A stretch of DNA of 64,000 nucleotides, from contig CAWFJJ010000001.1 of the NCBI GenBank assembly GCA_963816185.1, positions 608,001-672,000 on the forward strand. Reading direction: 5' to 3'. Under the pieces are notes generated by a model. The model ran no database searches and had not been told where the DNA came from. It worked only from the letters and a program-made list of their open reading frames with translations. Positions within the stretch are counted from its first letter, which is position 1. Every line of letters begins with the position of its first letter. This DNA is from Thermoanaerobaculia bacterium (GTDB taxonomy: Bacteria; Acidobacteriota; Thermoanaerobaculia; UBA5066). The translations under genes and the position numbers were made by a program. Below are positions 53,737 to 62,847 of the stretch, piece by piece.

Positions 53737-55011
53737 GGGCGCCTCTCCGTGATGAGCCGGGCCGAGCGGTTCCACGTCACGTAGTTCCAGGCCCACTGGA
53801 CGAGGGTCAGGACCCGGTTTCCGAACAGCACGAGATACATGAGGTGGATGAAGAGCCACGCGAGCCACGCAGGGTATCCCGCGATGCGCAGGAAGCCGAA
53901 GTCGGCGACCGCGCGCCCGCGGCCGATCGTCGCCAGGCTGCCCTTGTCGTGGTAGCGGAAGGGTCCGGAGGGCGGCCGTCCCGCGAGGCGCATGGCGATG
54001 GCGCGCGCCACGTAACGTCCCTGCTGCATCGCGACCGGGGCCACTCCGGGAAGGGGACGGCCTGCGTCGTCTGACATCGTGGCCATGTCGCCGAGCACGA
54101 AGATTTCCGGATGAGAGGGAAGCGTCAAGTCGGGGTTCACGGCGATGCGCCCGGCGCGGTCGGTCTTCGCTCCGGTTTTCGAAGCGAGCGCAGAGGCGAG
54201 CGGAGACGCCGCCACGCCGGCGGCCCAGAGAATCGTGCGGGCCGCGATCGTCTCGGAGGCCCCGGCACGTGAGACGGTGACCGACGCCTCCTTCACCTCG
54301 GTGACGCTCGTGTCGACCGCGACGTCCACGCCGAGGGCGGCGAGCGCCGTTCGGGCCTTCTCGGAGAGCTCGGGCGGGTAGGTCGGCAGGACCCGCGGCC
54401 CGCCTTCGACGAGGAGGATGCGGGCCTCCGACGGGTTGATCGCACGGAACTCGCGGCGCAGCGTGTGGCGCGCGATCTCCCCGAGCGCGCCCGCGAGCTC
54501 GACTCCGGTGGGACCGGCCTCCGACGATCACGAACGTGAGGAGCGCGCGCCGCTCCACGGGATCCGCCGTGATCTCCGCCCGCTCGAACGCGAGCAGGAT
54601 GCGGCGCCTCATCTCGACCGCGTCCTCGAGCGTCTTCAGGCCCGGCGCCGCGGACTCCCAATCGCCGTGTCCGAAGTAGTGGTGCCGCACGCCTGCGGCG
54701 ACGACGAGAAAATCGTACGGGAACTCGCCGTTCGCAGTCAGGACGCGGCGGCCGGGGACGTCGATTCCGGTCACGTCTTCGAGCAGGACGCGCGTGTTTC
54801 GGCTTCTCTTCAGGATCGCCCGCAGGGGCGCGGCAATGTTCGCGGGCGAGAGGGCGCCCGTCGCGACCTGGTAGAGCAGCGGTTGGAAAAGGTGAAAGTT
54901 CCGCCTGTCGAGGACGGTGACCTCGACGGGGAGCGGCCGGAGGCGACGGGCCGTGTAAAGCCCGCCGAAGCCTCCGCCCACGATCACGACGCGCGGAAGG
55001 GCCGCGTTCAC
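53733..55011 (-). CDS. ndh: Type II NADH dehydrogenase; frameshift near 54520
   Basis: GGGFGGL, FQPLLYQVATG, GPTGVELAG, WAAGV, AMQQG, YHDKGSLATIGR. Confidence 0.88.
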
Positions 55012-55027
55012 TAGAATGGGATTCTAG
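55011..55027. promoter_or_regulatory. Palindromic bidirectional -10 element
   Basis: CTAGAAT-GGG-ATTCTAG gives TAGAAT on both strands in the 24-bp gap between divergent genes. Confidence 0.6.
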
Positions 55028-55035
55028 GTGGTGCG

Positions 55036-55866
55036 ATGAGAGAGCTCTGGGCGCGCGAGGACGAACGGGATCTCGCCGAATTCCTCGAGGCCGTGCGTCG
55101 CAACGACCTCGTCGGGGCGATGTTCTCGATCGAGGGCACTCCGCCCGCCGCGCGCCGTCAGGCCGAGGCGGTTCTCGACGCAGCCGCGTCCGCCGTCCGG
55201 GCGCGCACGGCCGGCACGCGTTCCTCGTTCCAGAAGGCTCGGCTTCTCTCTCGCATTCTCTCGGAAGAGCTGGGATTCGCCGGCGACGAGGACGACTACT
55301 ACGACCCGCGCAACGTCCTCCTCGGCCCGCTCCTCGAGCGTCGCAAGGGGATGCCGATCCTCCTGTCCATCCTCTGGATGGAGGTGGGCCGCCGCGCCGG
55401 CATCCCGGTCGCGGGAATCGGCCTTCCGGGTCATTTCATCGTGCGCATCGGGCCCCCGCCCGGGACGCTCGCCGATCCCTTCGCGGGCGGCGTGCCTCTG
55501 ACGGTGGACGACTGCCGGCGCAAGGTGAAGTCTCTCGCGGGCGGACGCGTTCCCTGGCGCGCGGACTATCTCCGGCAGCTGGAGCTCCCGGCCCTTCTCG
55601 AGCGCGTCCTGCGCAACCTGTCCGGCTGCCGGGGCCGAAACGGCGACGAGGCCGGCCGCTTTCGCGCCGTCACGTTTCTCTCGGCGCTTCGGCCGGACGA
55701 GCCGGAGAACCTCCTGTCGCGCGCCGAGCTCGCCGAGGAGCTGGGAGTTCGGGGGCTGGCCCGCGCGGTGTGGGCCGAGATCGTCGAGCGCTTCCCCGAA
55801 TCGGCGCAGGCCCAGGCCGCGTCCGAGAAGATGGCGGAGGAGGACGAGCCGCCCGTGTTCCATTGA
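55036..55866 (+). CDS. SirB1 / transglutaminase-like protein with TPR
   Basis: GFAGDEDDYYDPRN, RRKGMPILLSIL, GIGLPGHF, ADPF. Confidence 0.85.
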   Translation: MRELWAREDERDLAEFLEAVRRNDLVGAMFSIEGTPPAARRQAEAVLDAAASAVRARTAGTRSSFQKARLLSRILSEELGFAGDEDDYYDPRNVLLGPLLERRKGMPILLSILWMEVGRRAGIPVAGIGLPGHFIVRIGPPPGTLADPFAGGVPLTVDDCRRKVKSLAGGRVPWRADYLRQLELPALLERVLRNLSGCRGRNGDEAGRFRAVTFLSALRPDEPENLLSRAELAEELGVRGLARAVWAEIVERFPESAQAQAASEKMAEEDEPPVFH

Positions 55867-55871
55867 GCGGC

Positions 55872-56681
55872 ATGCGCCCGGTCGACGTCGCGGTCGCCGC
55901 CGCGCGCGAAGCCGGAGAGGTCCTTCTCGCGCACTTCGGGCAGCTCGACCCCGCGCGCGTCGAGGAGAAGTCGAAGAACGACGTCGTCTCGATCGCGGAC
56001 CGCGAGAGCGAGGCCGTCATCCGGCGCGTTCTCCTCGGCGCGTTCCCGACCGACCGCTTTCTCGGCGAGGAGACGGGGCTCACGGGAGCGGACGAGACGG
56101 CGCCTTCGTGGATCGTCGACCCGCTCGACGGCACGGCGAACTTCGTGCGCGGCTTCCCGCACTGGGCGGTCTCGATCGCCCGCACGCGCGGCGGCCTCCT
56201 CGGCGCTTTCGAGGCCGGGGTCGTGTGGGATCCGGTCAAGAAGGATCTCTTCGCCGCGGAGGCGGGCGCGGGCGCGTTCCGCAACGGACAGCGGCTGCGC
56301 GTGCCGCCGCGTCCGAACCTCGAGGGCGCGGCCCTCGCGACGGGCTTCCCGTTCCGCCGGCAGCATCAGATCGACCGGTATCTCTCGATCTTCCGGGCGG
56401 TCTTCATGAGATCGCGCTCGCTCCGCCGCGCCGGCAGCGCCGCGCTGGATCTCGCCTACGTCGCGGCCGGCATCTTCGACGGCTTCTTCGAGTTCGGCCT
56501 CTCTCCGTGGGACACGGCGGCCGGCGCGCTTCTCGTGACGGAGGCGGGCGGCGTCGTGACGGACTTCGACGGCGCGGCGTCCTGGCGGACCCGCGGCAAC
56601 GTCCTGGCCGCGACGCCCGGCGTCCACGCCGCGCTCGTCGAGGTCATGCGCGAGATCGGAGTCGAAGAGAAGGACCTATGA
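55872..56681 (+). CDS. suhB: Inositol monophosphatase family protein
   Basis: LGEE, WIVDPLDGTANF, RRAGSAALDL, WDTAAG. Confidence 0.88.
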   Translation: MRPVDVAVAAAREAGEVLLAHFGQLDPARVEEKSKNDVVSIADRESEAVIRRVLLGAFPTDRFLGEETGLTGADETAPSWIVDPLDGTANFVRGFPHWAVSIARTRGGLLGAFEAGVVWDPVKKDLFAAEAGAGAFRNGQRLRVPPRPNLEGAALATGFPFRRQHQIDRYLSIFRAVFMRSRSLRRAGSAALDLAYVAAGIFDGFFEFGLSPWDTAAGALLVTEAGGVVTDFDGAASWRTRGNVLAATPGVHAALVEVMREIGVEEKDL

Positions 56682-57502
56682 AGGCGCGGGGGGCGGTTCT
56701 CTTGCTTTGTGCGGCCTCGGCGGCGCTTCGGGCGGAAGATCCGGACTGGTTCGACGCGTTCCGGGACCGGGCCTTCCTCCAGGGCGACGCGAGCTTTGTC
56801 GCGCGCGAGAAGTCGGCGCCGCCGGACACGCCGCCCCTGTTCCAGGCGCGCTGGGTCGTCCTGCGTTACGCGGAGTTCGGCGAGAGCGAGCGGCGTTGGT
56901 GGCCGCACCGGAACCTCCTCCTTGTCACGATGCCCTCCGGAGCGCGATACGTCCTCGAGTCGTCGCTGGGTTTCATGGACGAGAACCACCTCGACGAGGA
57001 CCGCCCATCGTGGCGTGTCGCCTCGGAGAGGGTTGCCTTCGAGGTCTGGATGTCGGGCTCGGTGGAAGAGAACCCCGCGGACGTCTCGACCTGCGACAGG
57101 ATGCGCGAGCGCGTCCGGGCGCCAGGCGGGACCCTGGATTTCTTCGTCGAAGACTTAGGCAGCCGGACCGTCCGGGTCTCGCTGGCCGAGATCGCGGCCC
57201 GGACGTTCGATGAGGACGAGCGCCGCGATCTCGCGGCGCTTCTGAAGGTCTCCGTCGAGAGCAACTCCTCTGTCGGGACATCCTTTCGCGGAACATCCTT
57301 GTCGATCTATCACCTCCGGGATCCCTTGCTCGCGGTCAATGTCGCACTTCGCGACCAATTGCCGCCGCCCGACAAGAGGACAGTCGTCTTCGTGCCGGAC
57401 TCCTCCGCTCCCACGGACCTTTCGTCGTGGCGCGCTTTCGCCCGCCTCCCCTTGGACCTCCCGCCCTTCCCGCCGCTGCCGCCGGAGGCCCCCGTGCGAT
57501 GA
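56678..57502 (+). CDS. Hypothetical exported protein
   Basis: ATGA overlap with suhB; signal peptide MKARGAVLLLCAASAALRA; Pro-rich tail. Confidence 0.7.
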   Translation: MKARGAVLLLCAASAALRAEDPDWFDAFRDRAFLQGDASFVAREKSAPPDTPPLFQARWVVLRYAEFGESERRWWPHRNLLLVTMPSGARYVLESSLGFMDENHLDEDRPSWRVASERVAFEVWMSGSVEENPADVSTCDRMRERVRAPGGTLDFFVEDLGSRTVRVSLAEIAARTFDEDERRDLAALLKVSVESNSSVGTSFRGTSLSIYHLRDPLLAVNVALRDQLPPPDKRTVVFVPDSSAPTDLSSWRAFARLPLDLPPFPPLPPEAPVR

Positions 57503-57637
57503 GAGAACGAGGAGAGAGGAAGAGATTTCTTAGAAGGTGAAGATCGGAAGCCGGCTCGCGCGCGCGGCGCTGCCTCGCGCGAGAACCGCCCCCTCAAGCC
57601 CTTTTCTAAGAGAATCTTCTTCTTCTTTCTTCTCTCG
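57500..57637. repeat. Dispersed motif cluster I (inverted pair)
   Basis: + AGAGATTTCTTAGAAGGTGAAGA (57521-57543); - GAAGAAGATTCTCTTAGAAAAGG (about 57600-57622). Confidence 0.75.
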
Positions 57638-58238
57638 ATCTCGGCCCGTGCCGGCGCAGAGGATGCGACCCCGAAGATCGACGCTCGAGCGCGTCGTCGA
57701 CGGCCGCGGGAACCGGTTTTGCGACATCGCGAAGGCGTCCGTGAAGAGCGAGAACGAGCGTCGGAGCGCGTGGGTCGTGCGCGGCTTGCTCCGGAGCGAT
57801 CTCGTCCTGCGGCGCGAAGTCCGCAGGGATGCGAACAGCGGGGAGTCGACGGTCGACGAGATCCGTCTCGGCGACGGGGCGCCGCTGCGCTTCGAGGGCG
57901 GCGCCCCGGGAAGCCGCGTCACGGCGGCGTCGCCTGTCTCGACCTTTCGTTACTTCGACGTCGACGTCACCCGGCCGACCGTGCGCTGCAACCTCTCGCG
58001 CCTCGTCGAGGAGACCGACCACGAGCTCCTGGGCGCCGCCGCGGACTACTGGGCGATGAAACAGGGAATGGGGGAGAAGGTCTCGATCGAGGAGCTGCCC
58101 GTGCTCATGCTTCTCGCGATCGAGAAGCGCCCGCCGCTCCCGTCGCCGCCGATTCGAAAGAAGAAACCTCTTTCCGAGGACGCGCCGGAGGCGGTCGATC
58201 TGAAGTCCGCCGCTCTCGCGGCGCTCGGCGAGGAGTAG
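57537..58238 (+). CDS. Hypothetical protein (5' end uncertain, possible frameshift near 57680)
   Basis: Body ORF plausible; a signal-like SKRIFFFFLLSISARAGAED lies in another frame. Confidence 0.55.
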   Translation: MKIGSRLARAALPRARTAPSSPFLRESSSSFFSRSRPVPAQRMRPRRSTLERVVDGRGNRFCDIAKASVKSENERRSAWVVRGLLRSDLVLRREVRRDANSGESTVDEIRLGDGAPLRFEGGAPGSRVTAASPVSTFRYFDVDVTRPTVRCNLSRLVEETDHELLGAAADYWAMKQGMGEKVSIEELPVLMLLAIEKRPPLPSPPIRKKKPLSEDAPEAVDLKSAALAALGEE

Positions 58239-58242
58239 GGCC

Positions 58243-59724
58243 CTACCAGGGAAGACCGCGGACCTCGCGCGCGCGCCGATAGACGGCCTCGTACTTTTCG
58301 GCGGAGCGGTCCCACGAGAAGTCCTGCGCCATCCCGTTCTCGACGATCCGGCGCCACCGGTCCCGCTGGAAGAAGACGTGCTGGGCGCTGAGGACCTCGG
58401 CCGCGAGGGCGTGGGGCGCCGGCGCGTCGAAGGAGAAGCCGGTCGCGCGATCGAGGTTCCAGCCGTCGTACGACACCACCGAGTCCGCGAGGCCGCCCGT
58501 CCTGCGCACGATCGGCGGCGTTCCGTAAGCGAGCGAATACATCTGGCTGAGGCCGCACGGCTCGAATCGCGACGGCATGACGAAGGCGTCGGCCCCGGCC
58601 TCGATCAGGTGTGCGACCGGCTCGTCGTAGCCGACGAACCCGCGGAAGCGGCCGGGAGCGTGCGCTTCGAGGAGGCGCATCGCGCCCTCGAGGGCCGGCT
58701 CGCCTGAGCCCAGCATCGCGATGCGGATTCCGCGCCTGATGAGCTCGGGCGCCGCCTCGAGCAGGAGGTCGAAGCCTTTCTGGTCCGTGAGGCGTCCGAT
58801 CGCGCCGAGGATCATCGCGGGGTCGCCCGGCTCGAAGCTCGCGATCCGACACAGCTCCGCGCGGCACTCGGCTTTCCCGCGGAGGTCCTCGCGACTGTAG
58901 CGAGCGGGAAGGTGGGGGTCGCGCGCGGGATTCCAGACCGACGTGTCGACTCCGTTCAGGATCCCGACGACGCGGTCGGTGCGGGCGCCGAGGACGGCCT
59001 CGAGGCCGAAGCCTCCCGCTTTCGTGCGAATCTCGTTCGCGTACGTGGGGGAGACGGCCGTGATCATGTCGGCGGCCACGATGGCGCCCTTGAGAAGGTT
59101 CACGGCGCCGCGAAACTCGACGGCGCCGCCCGTCCACGCGGCATCGGGCAGGCCGAGGATGGGAAATTCCTCGCGGCCGTAGACGCCCTGATATCCGAGG
59201 TTGTGGATCGTGAGCACGGACGCGACGTCGTCGAACCAGCGATCACGCCAGTTGCTCCACGCCCCGAGCATCGGAGCGAGCGCGGGATGCCAGTCGTGCG
59301 CATGGAGGACTCGCGGGCGCCGGTCGAGCCTCTTCAGTGCGTCGATCGCGGCCCGGACGAAGAGCGTGAAGCGCCAGAGCCCGTCGTCGCGACCCCGGTC
59401 GTCCGGCGCGTAGATCTGCCGGCGGTGGAAGAGCGGGTCGTGCGCGACGAAGTAGACCGGGACGGTGCTGCCGGGCAGCAGGTCCCAGAGGAGGCCGACC
59501 GTGTGCGCGCGTCCGAGAATCGAGACCTCGAACGGGGGCAGCGCGGCCTCGGGCCAGGACTGGCGGCGGCGGTACCAGCGCGCCGCCTCGAGATGAAACG
59601 GCATGAACACGTCGACGTCGTGTCCGCGCGCCGCGAGCGCCTTCGGAAGGGAGCCCACGACGTCTCCGAGACCTCCCGTCTTCGCGAACGGGGCACATTC
59701 GGCTGCGAGGTGCGTGATGCGCAG
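58243..59724 (-). CDS. glgA: Glycogen synthase, apparent CTG start
   Basis: LRITHLAAECAPFAKTGGLGDV, HAHDWH, TIHNLGYQG, MPSRFEPCGLSQM. Confidence 0.92.
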   Translation of the reverse strand: MRITHLAAECAPFAKTGGLGDVVGSLPKALAARGHDVDVFMPFHLEAARWYRRRQSWPEAALPPFEVSILGRAHTVGLLWDLLPGSTVPVYFVAHDPLFHRRQIYAPDDRGRDDGLWRFTLFVRAAIDALKRLDRRPRVLHAHDWHPALAPMLGAWSNWRDRWFDDVASVLTIHNLGYQGVYGREEFPILGLPDAAWTGGAVEFRGAVNLLKGAIVAADMITAVSPTYANEIRTKAGGFGLEAVLGARTDRVVGILNGVDTSVWNPARDPHLPARYSREDLRGKAECRAELCRIASFEPGDPAMILGAIGRLTDQKGFDLLLEAAPELIRRGIRIAMLGSGEPALEGAMRLLEAHAPGRFRGFVGYDEPVAHLIEAGADAFVMPSRFEPCGLSQMYSLAYGTPPIVRRTGGLADSVVSYDGWNLDRATGFSFDAPAPHALAAEVLSAQHVFFQRDRWRRIVENGMAQDFSWDRSAEKYEAVYRRAREVRGLPW

Positions 59725-59731
59725 AGCGGCC

Positions 59732-60574
59732 TCAGTTCACGAGGACGTCGGTCGTCAGAGTCTGCGTGGACGTCGCGACGGAAATGCGTGCCGTCCCGCG
59801 CGCCACGCCCGTGACGGCGCCGTTCGAGACCGTAGCCGTCTTCGGGTCGGAAGACGTCCAGGCCAGCGCGGCATCCTCGATGAGGACGCCCGTGGGGTCC
59901 CGGATCGTCGCCATGATCCTCTGTGTCTCGCCCACCTTCAGGATCAAGGTGACGGGGGTGAGCTCGAACGTGGCGATCACGCGGTGAAGGACCTTTACGT
60001 CGCACGCGGAGCTCACGTCGCTGCCGAGGCTGGCGATGATCGTCGTCTGGCCCTCGGCACCGGACGTCACGCCCCCCTCCCCGTCGACGGTCGCGACCTT
60101 CGGGTCTCCCGAGATCCACTTCGGCTTCAGGGGAGACAGGTTTCCCTTTCCGTCCTTGATCTCGGCGAGAAGCGACGTCTTCGTCCCCGCTGGCCCGACG
60201 AGCGTGATGCGGCTCGGGGTGACCGTGAGGGACGAGACGTCCATGACCTCCACGACGGCGCTCGACGTGAGGTTCTTGAAGGTCGCCGTCATGATCGCGC
60301 GCCCGGGCGCGAGAGATCGAACGACTCCGTTCGCGTCGATCGTCGCGATCTTGGGTTTGTCGGTGACCCAGACGGCGGTCAGGCCCGGCATCGGATTGCC
60401 CTTCTTGTCGGTGATCTCGTACTTGAGAGACTGATTGCGGCCCGTTCCGTAGAGGGTCACTTTGGCCGGCGTGATCCGGAGGTCGGACGGCCTGGGACGG
60501 CAGGCCTCGGCGGCCAGCATGATCACAGAAAGAACGAGGGCCTTTCCGGCAAGGCCCGCGAAACATCTTTTCAT
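59732..60574 (-). CDS. Ig-like (Big_2) repeat lipoprotein
   Basis: Signal peptide with AEAC; three W.(S/T).DP.(I/V)AT(I/V)...G.V repeats. Confidence 0.85.
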   Translation of the reverse strand: MKRCFAGLAGKALVLSVIMLAAEACRPRPSDLRITPAKVTLYGTGRNQSLKYEITDKKGNPMPGLTAVWVTDKPKIATIDANGVVRSLAPGRAIMTATFKNLTSSAVVEVMDVSSLTVTPSRITLVGPAGTKTSLLAEIKDGKGNLSPLKPKWISGDPKVATVDGEGGVTSGAEGQTTIIASLGSDVSSACDVKVLHRVIATFELTPVTLILKVGETQRIMATIRDPTGVLIEDAALAWTSSDPKTATVSNGAVTGVARGTARISVATSTQTLTTDVLVN

Positions 60575-60584
60575 CGCGGCGATT

Positions 60585-61364
60585 CTAGCGCGCGGGTGTC
60601 GTCAATCCTGCGGGCACGGCCTGGTTGTCCATGCGCTGCGCGATGAGGTCGGTGCGGCGCTCCCAGGCCGCCGGATGCGCGCGGTACCATGCCGGACCCG
60701 GGATCAGGGCGGCGAGATGCGCCGCGTCCCGGGTCGAGAGGCGGCTCGCGTTCACGCCGAAGAGCGCGCGTGACGCCGCCTCGCAGCCATAGGTCGTCTC
60801 GCCGAACTCGATCGCCGAAAGATAGATCTCGAGGATCCGCGCCTTCGGCACGAGGAGGTCGAGGGTGGCGGCGAGAACCGCCTCGCGCCCCTTCCGCCAC
60901 CAGGTGCGGTCGCCCGTGAGCCACAGGTTCTTCACGAGCTGCTGCGTGATCGTCGACGCGCCGTGAAGGCGTTTTCTGCGGCTCCTCGCGTGCGCCTCGT
61001 TCCAGCGGTGGGCCGAAGAGACCGCATCCCAATCGATCCCGTGGTGCTCGAAGAAACGGGAATCTTCCGCGGTGAGGACCGCCTGCACGAGGGCGGGCGA
61101 GACCTGAGAGAGGCGAACGGGGCGCCGGTCGATCGTGTCGCTCTTGCCAAGGGCGCGCAGGTGCGCCCTTCGGGCCTCGATGAACGCGGTGGTCTTCGGG
61201 TCGCGCCAGCGGAGGAGAATGATCTGCGGAAGAGGGATGAAGACGAGGAAAAGGAAGATGAAGAGAAGAAGAAGAGAGAGATTTCTTAGAAGGTGAAGAG
61301 AAGAAACCCCGCGGCCCCCGTGGCGCGCTTCGGCGGATTGCGACGCGCCGGCCCCGTCTTTCAT
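60585..61364 (-). CDS. mtgA: Monofunctional peptidoglycan transglycosylase
   Basis: AEDSRFFEHHG, GASTITQQLVKNL, RKGRE, KARILEIYL. Confidence 0.88.
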   Translation of the reverse strand: MKDGAGASQSAEARHGGRGVSSLHLLRNLSLLLLFIFLFLVFIPLPQIILLRWRDPKTTAFIEARRAHLRALGKSDTIDRRPVRLSQVSPALVQAVLTAEDSRFFEHHGIDWDAVSSAHRWNEAHARSRRKRLHGASTITQQLVKNLWLTGDRTWWRKGREAVLAATLDLLVPKARILEIYLSAIEFGETTYGCEAASRALFGVNASRLSTRDAAHLAALIPGPAWYRAHPAAWERRTDLIAQRMDNQAVPAGLTTPAR

Positions 61365-61377
61365 TCGAAGAAAAAGC
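61255..61377. repeat. Dispersed motif cluster J at mtgA 5' end
   Basis: + AGAGATTTCTTAGAAGGTGAAGA (61277-61299), identical to 57521-57543; - copy at about 61361-61376. Confidence 0.75.
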
Positions 61378-61419
61378 GCCGTTGCCGTTGCCCCGGCGCA
61401 ACCGGCATCGGGCGGGTCC

Positions 61420-62779
61420 TTAGCCGAGAACTTCCGTCAACGCCGCCCGCAGCCGCTGGACGCCGAGCGCCGCCTCGTCCCGCGTGAGGGTGAGCGGCGG
61501 GCGCAGCCGGATCGCGCGCTCACCCGAAGGCAGAGACATCACGTTGTGCTTCTGGAGCCAGCTGGACAGGACGCTGCCTCGCGCCTTCCCGTCCGGCAGG
61601 TCGAACGCGATGAAGAGGCCGCGCCCCCTCACGTTCGTCATCTTTCCGGGGAACTCCGAGGCAACCTCGTTCAGCTTGCCGAGCAGGAACTCGCCCGTCG
61701 CTCTTCGCGTTCTCGACGAGCTTCTCCTCGGCCATGATCTCGAGGATCTTGCGGCAGCGCACCATGTCGACGAGGTTCCCGCCCCATGTGGAGTTGATGC
61801 GCGAAGAGACCGTGAAGACGTTGTCCTTCTCCTCGAGGATGCGCTCGTTCGAGGCGAAGCCGCAGACCTGCGTCTTCTTGCCGAATGCGAAGAGATCGGG
61901 CGTGACGCCGAGACCCTGGAACGCCCACATCGTCCCGGTGAGGCCCATGCCGGTCTGCACCTCGTCGAGGATGAAGAGCATGTCGTGCTCGTCGCAGAGC
62001 GCGCGCACGCGGGCGAGAAATTCCGGGCGAAAATGGTTGTCGCCGCCTTCTCCCTGGATCGGCTCGAGGATGAACGCGGCGATGTCGTCGCCGCTGTCGT
62101 GGATCGCCTGCTCCGCCTGCGCGATCGAGAGGTTCTCGAGAGCGATCGTCGCACCGAGGCTCTCCGGCGTGACCGGAAACGTGAGCTTCGGGTTCACGAC
62201 GCGCGGCCAGTCGAACTTCGGGAAGTACATCGTCTTCCGCGGATCGCTCGTGTTCGTGAGCGAGAGGGTGTAGCCGCTCCGGCCGTGAAAGGCCTGCTCG
62301 AAATGCAGGATCTTCGTCCCCACCTCGCGCCGGTGGCCCTTGCGGAAGTTCCGGCGTACCTTCCAGTCGAAGGCGGCCTTGAGCGTGTTCTCGACCGCGA
62401 GCGCGCCGCCCTCGACGAAGAACAGATGCCGCGCGTGGGACTCGGGCACGCCGAGCCGCGCGAACGTCTCGACGAAGGACGCCATCTGTTCGGTGTAGAT
62501 GTCGCTGTTCGCCGGCTTCGTGACGGCGCTCCACGCGAGCTCATCGAGGAACTCGGGCGTGGTCATCTTCGGGTGGGCGTAGCCGATCGGGCACGTCGCG
62601 AAATGCGAGAAAAAATCCAGGATCTGGACGCCGTGGAGGGAGTCGTGGAGGAAGCTGCCGCGCGAGGCTTTGAGATCCATGACGACGTGGTAGCCGTCGA
62701 CGAGAATGTGCTTCGAGAGGGACTCGAGGACTGTCTTGGCCGGCACGTCGGGCTTCACGGAGGAGGGGGGAAGAGCCAT
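61420..62779 (-). CDS. lat: L-lysine 6-transaminase; frameshift near 61700
   Basis: KPANSD, EGGALAVENTLK, EPIQGEGGDNHF, DEVQTG, FGKKTQVCG, SRINSTWGG. Confidence 0.88.
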
Positions 62780-62847
62780 GGAAGGCATGATAACTCTTCC
62801 CCGTGATCGGCGTAAGGCATTGAAAAGAATGGCCTTGAGGCCTGCGA

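Noticed and set aside
52783-55011. 742-aa ORF joining Ndh N-terminus to a hydrolase
   Set aside because: Caused by the ndh frameshift; the hydrolase has its own start and signal peptide.
57500-57637. MITE interpretation of the inverted motif pairs
   Set aside because: Internal sequences and lengths differ between loci, and I saw no target-site duplications or transposase.
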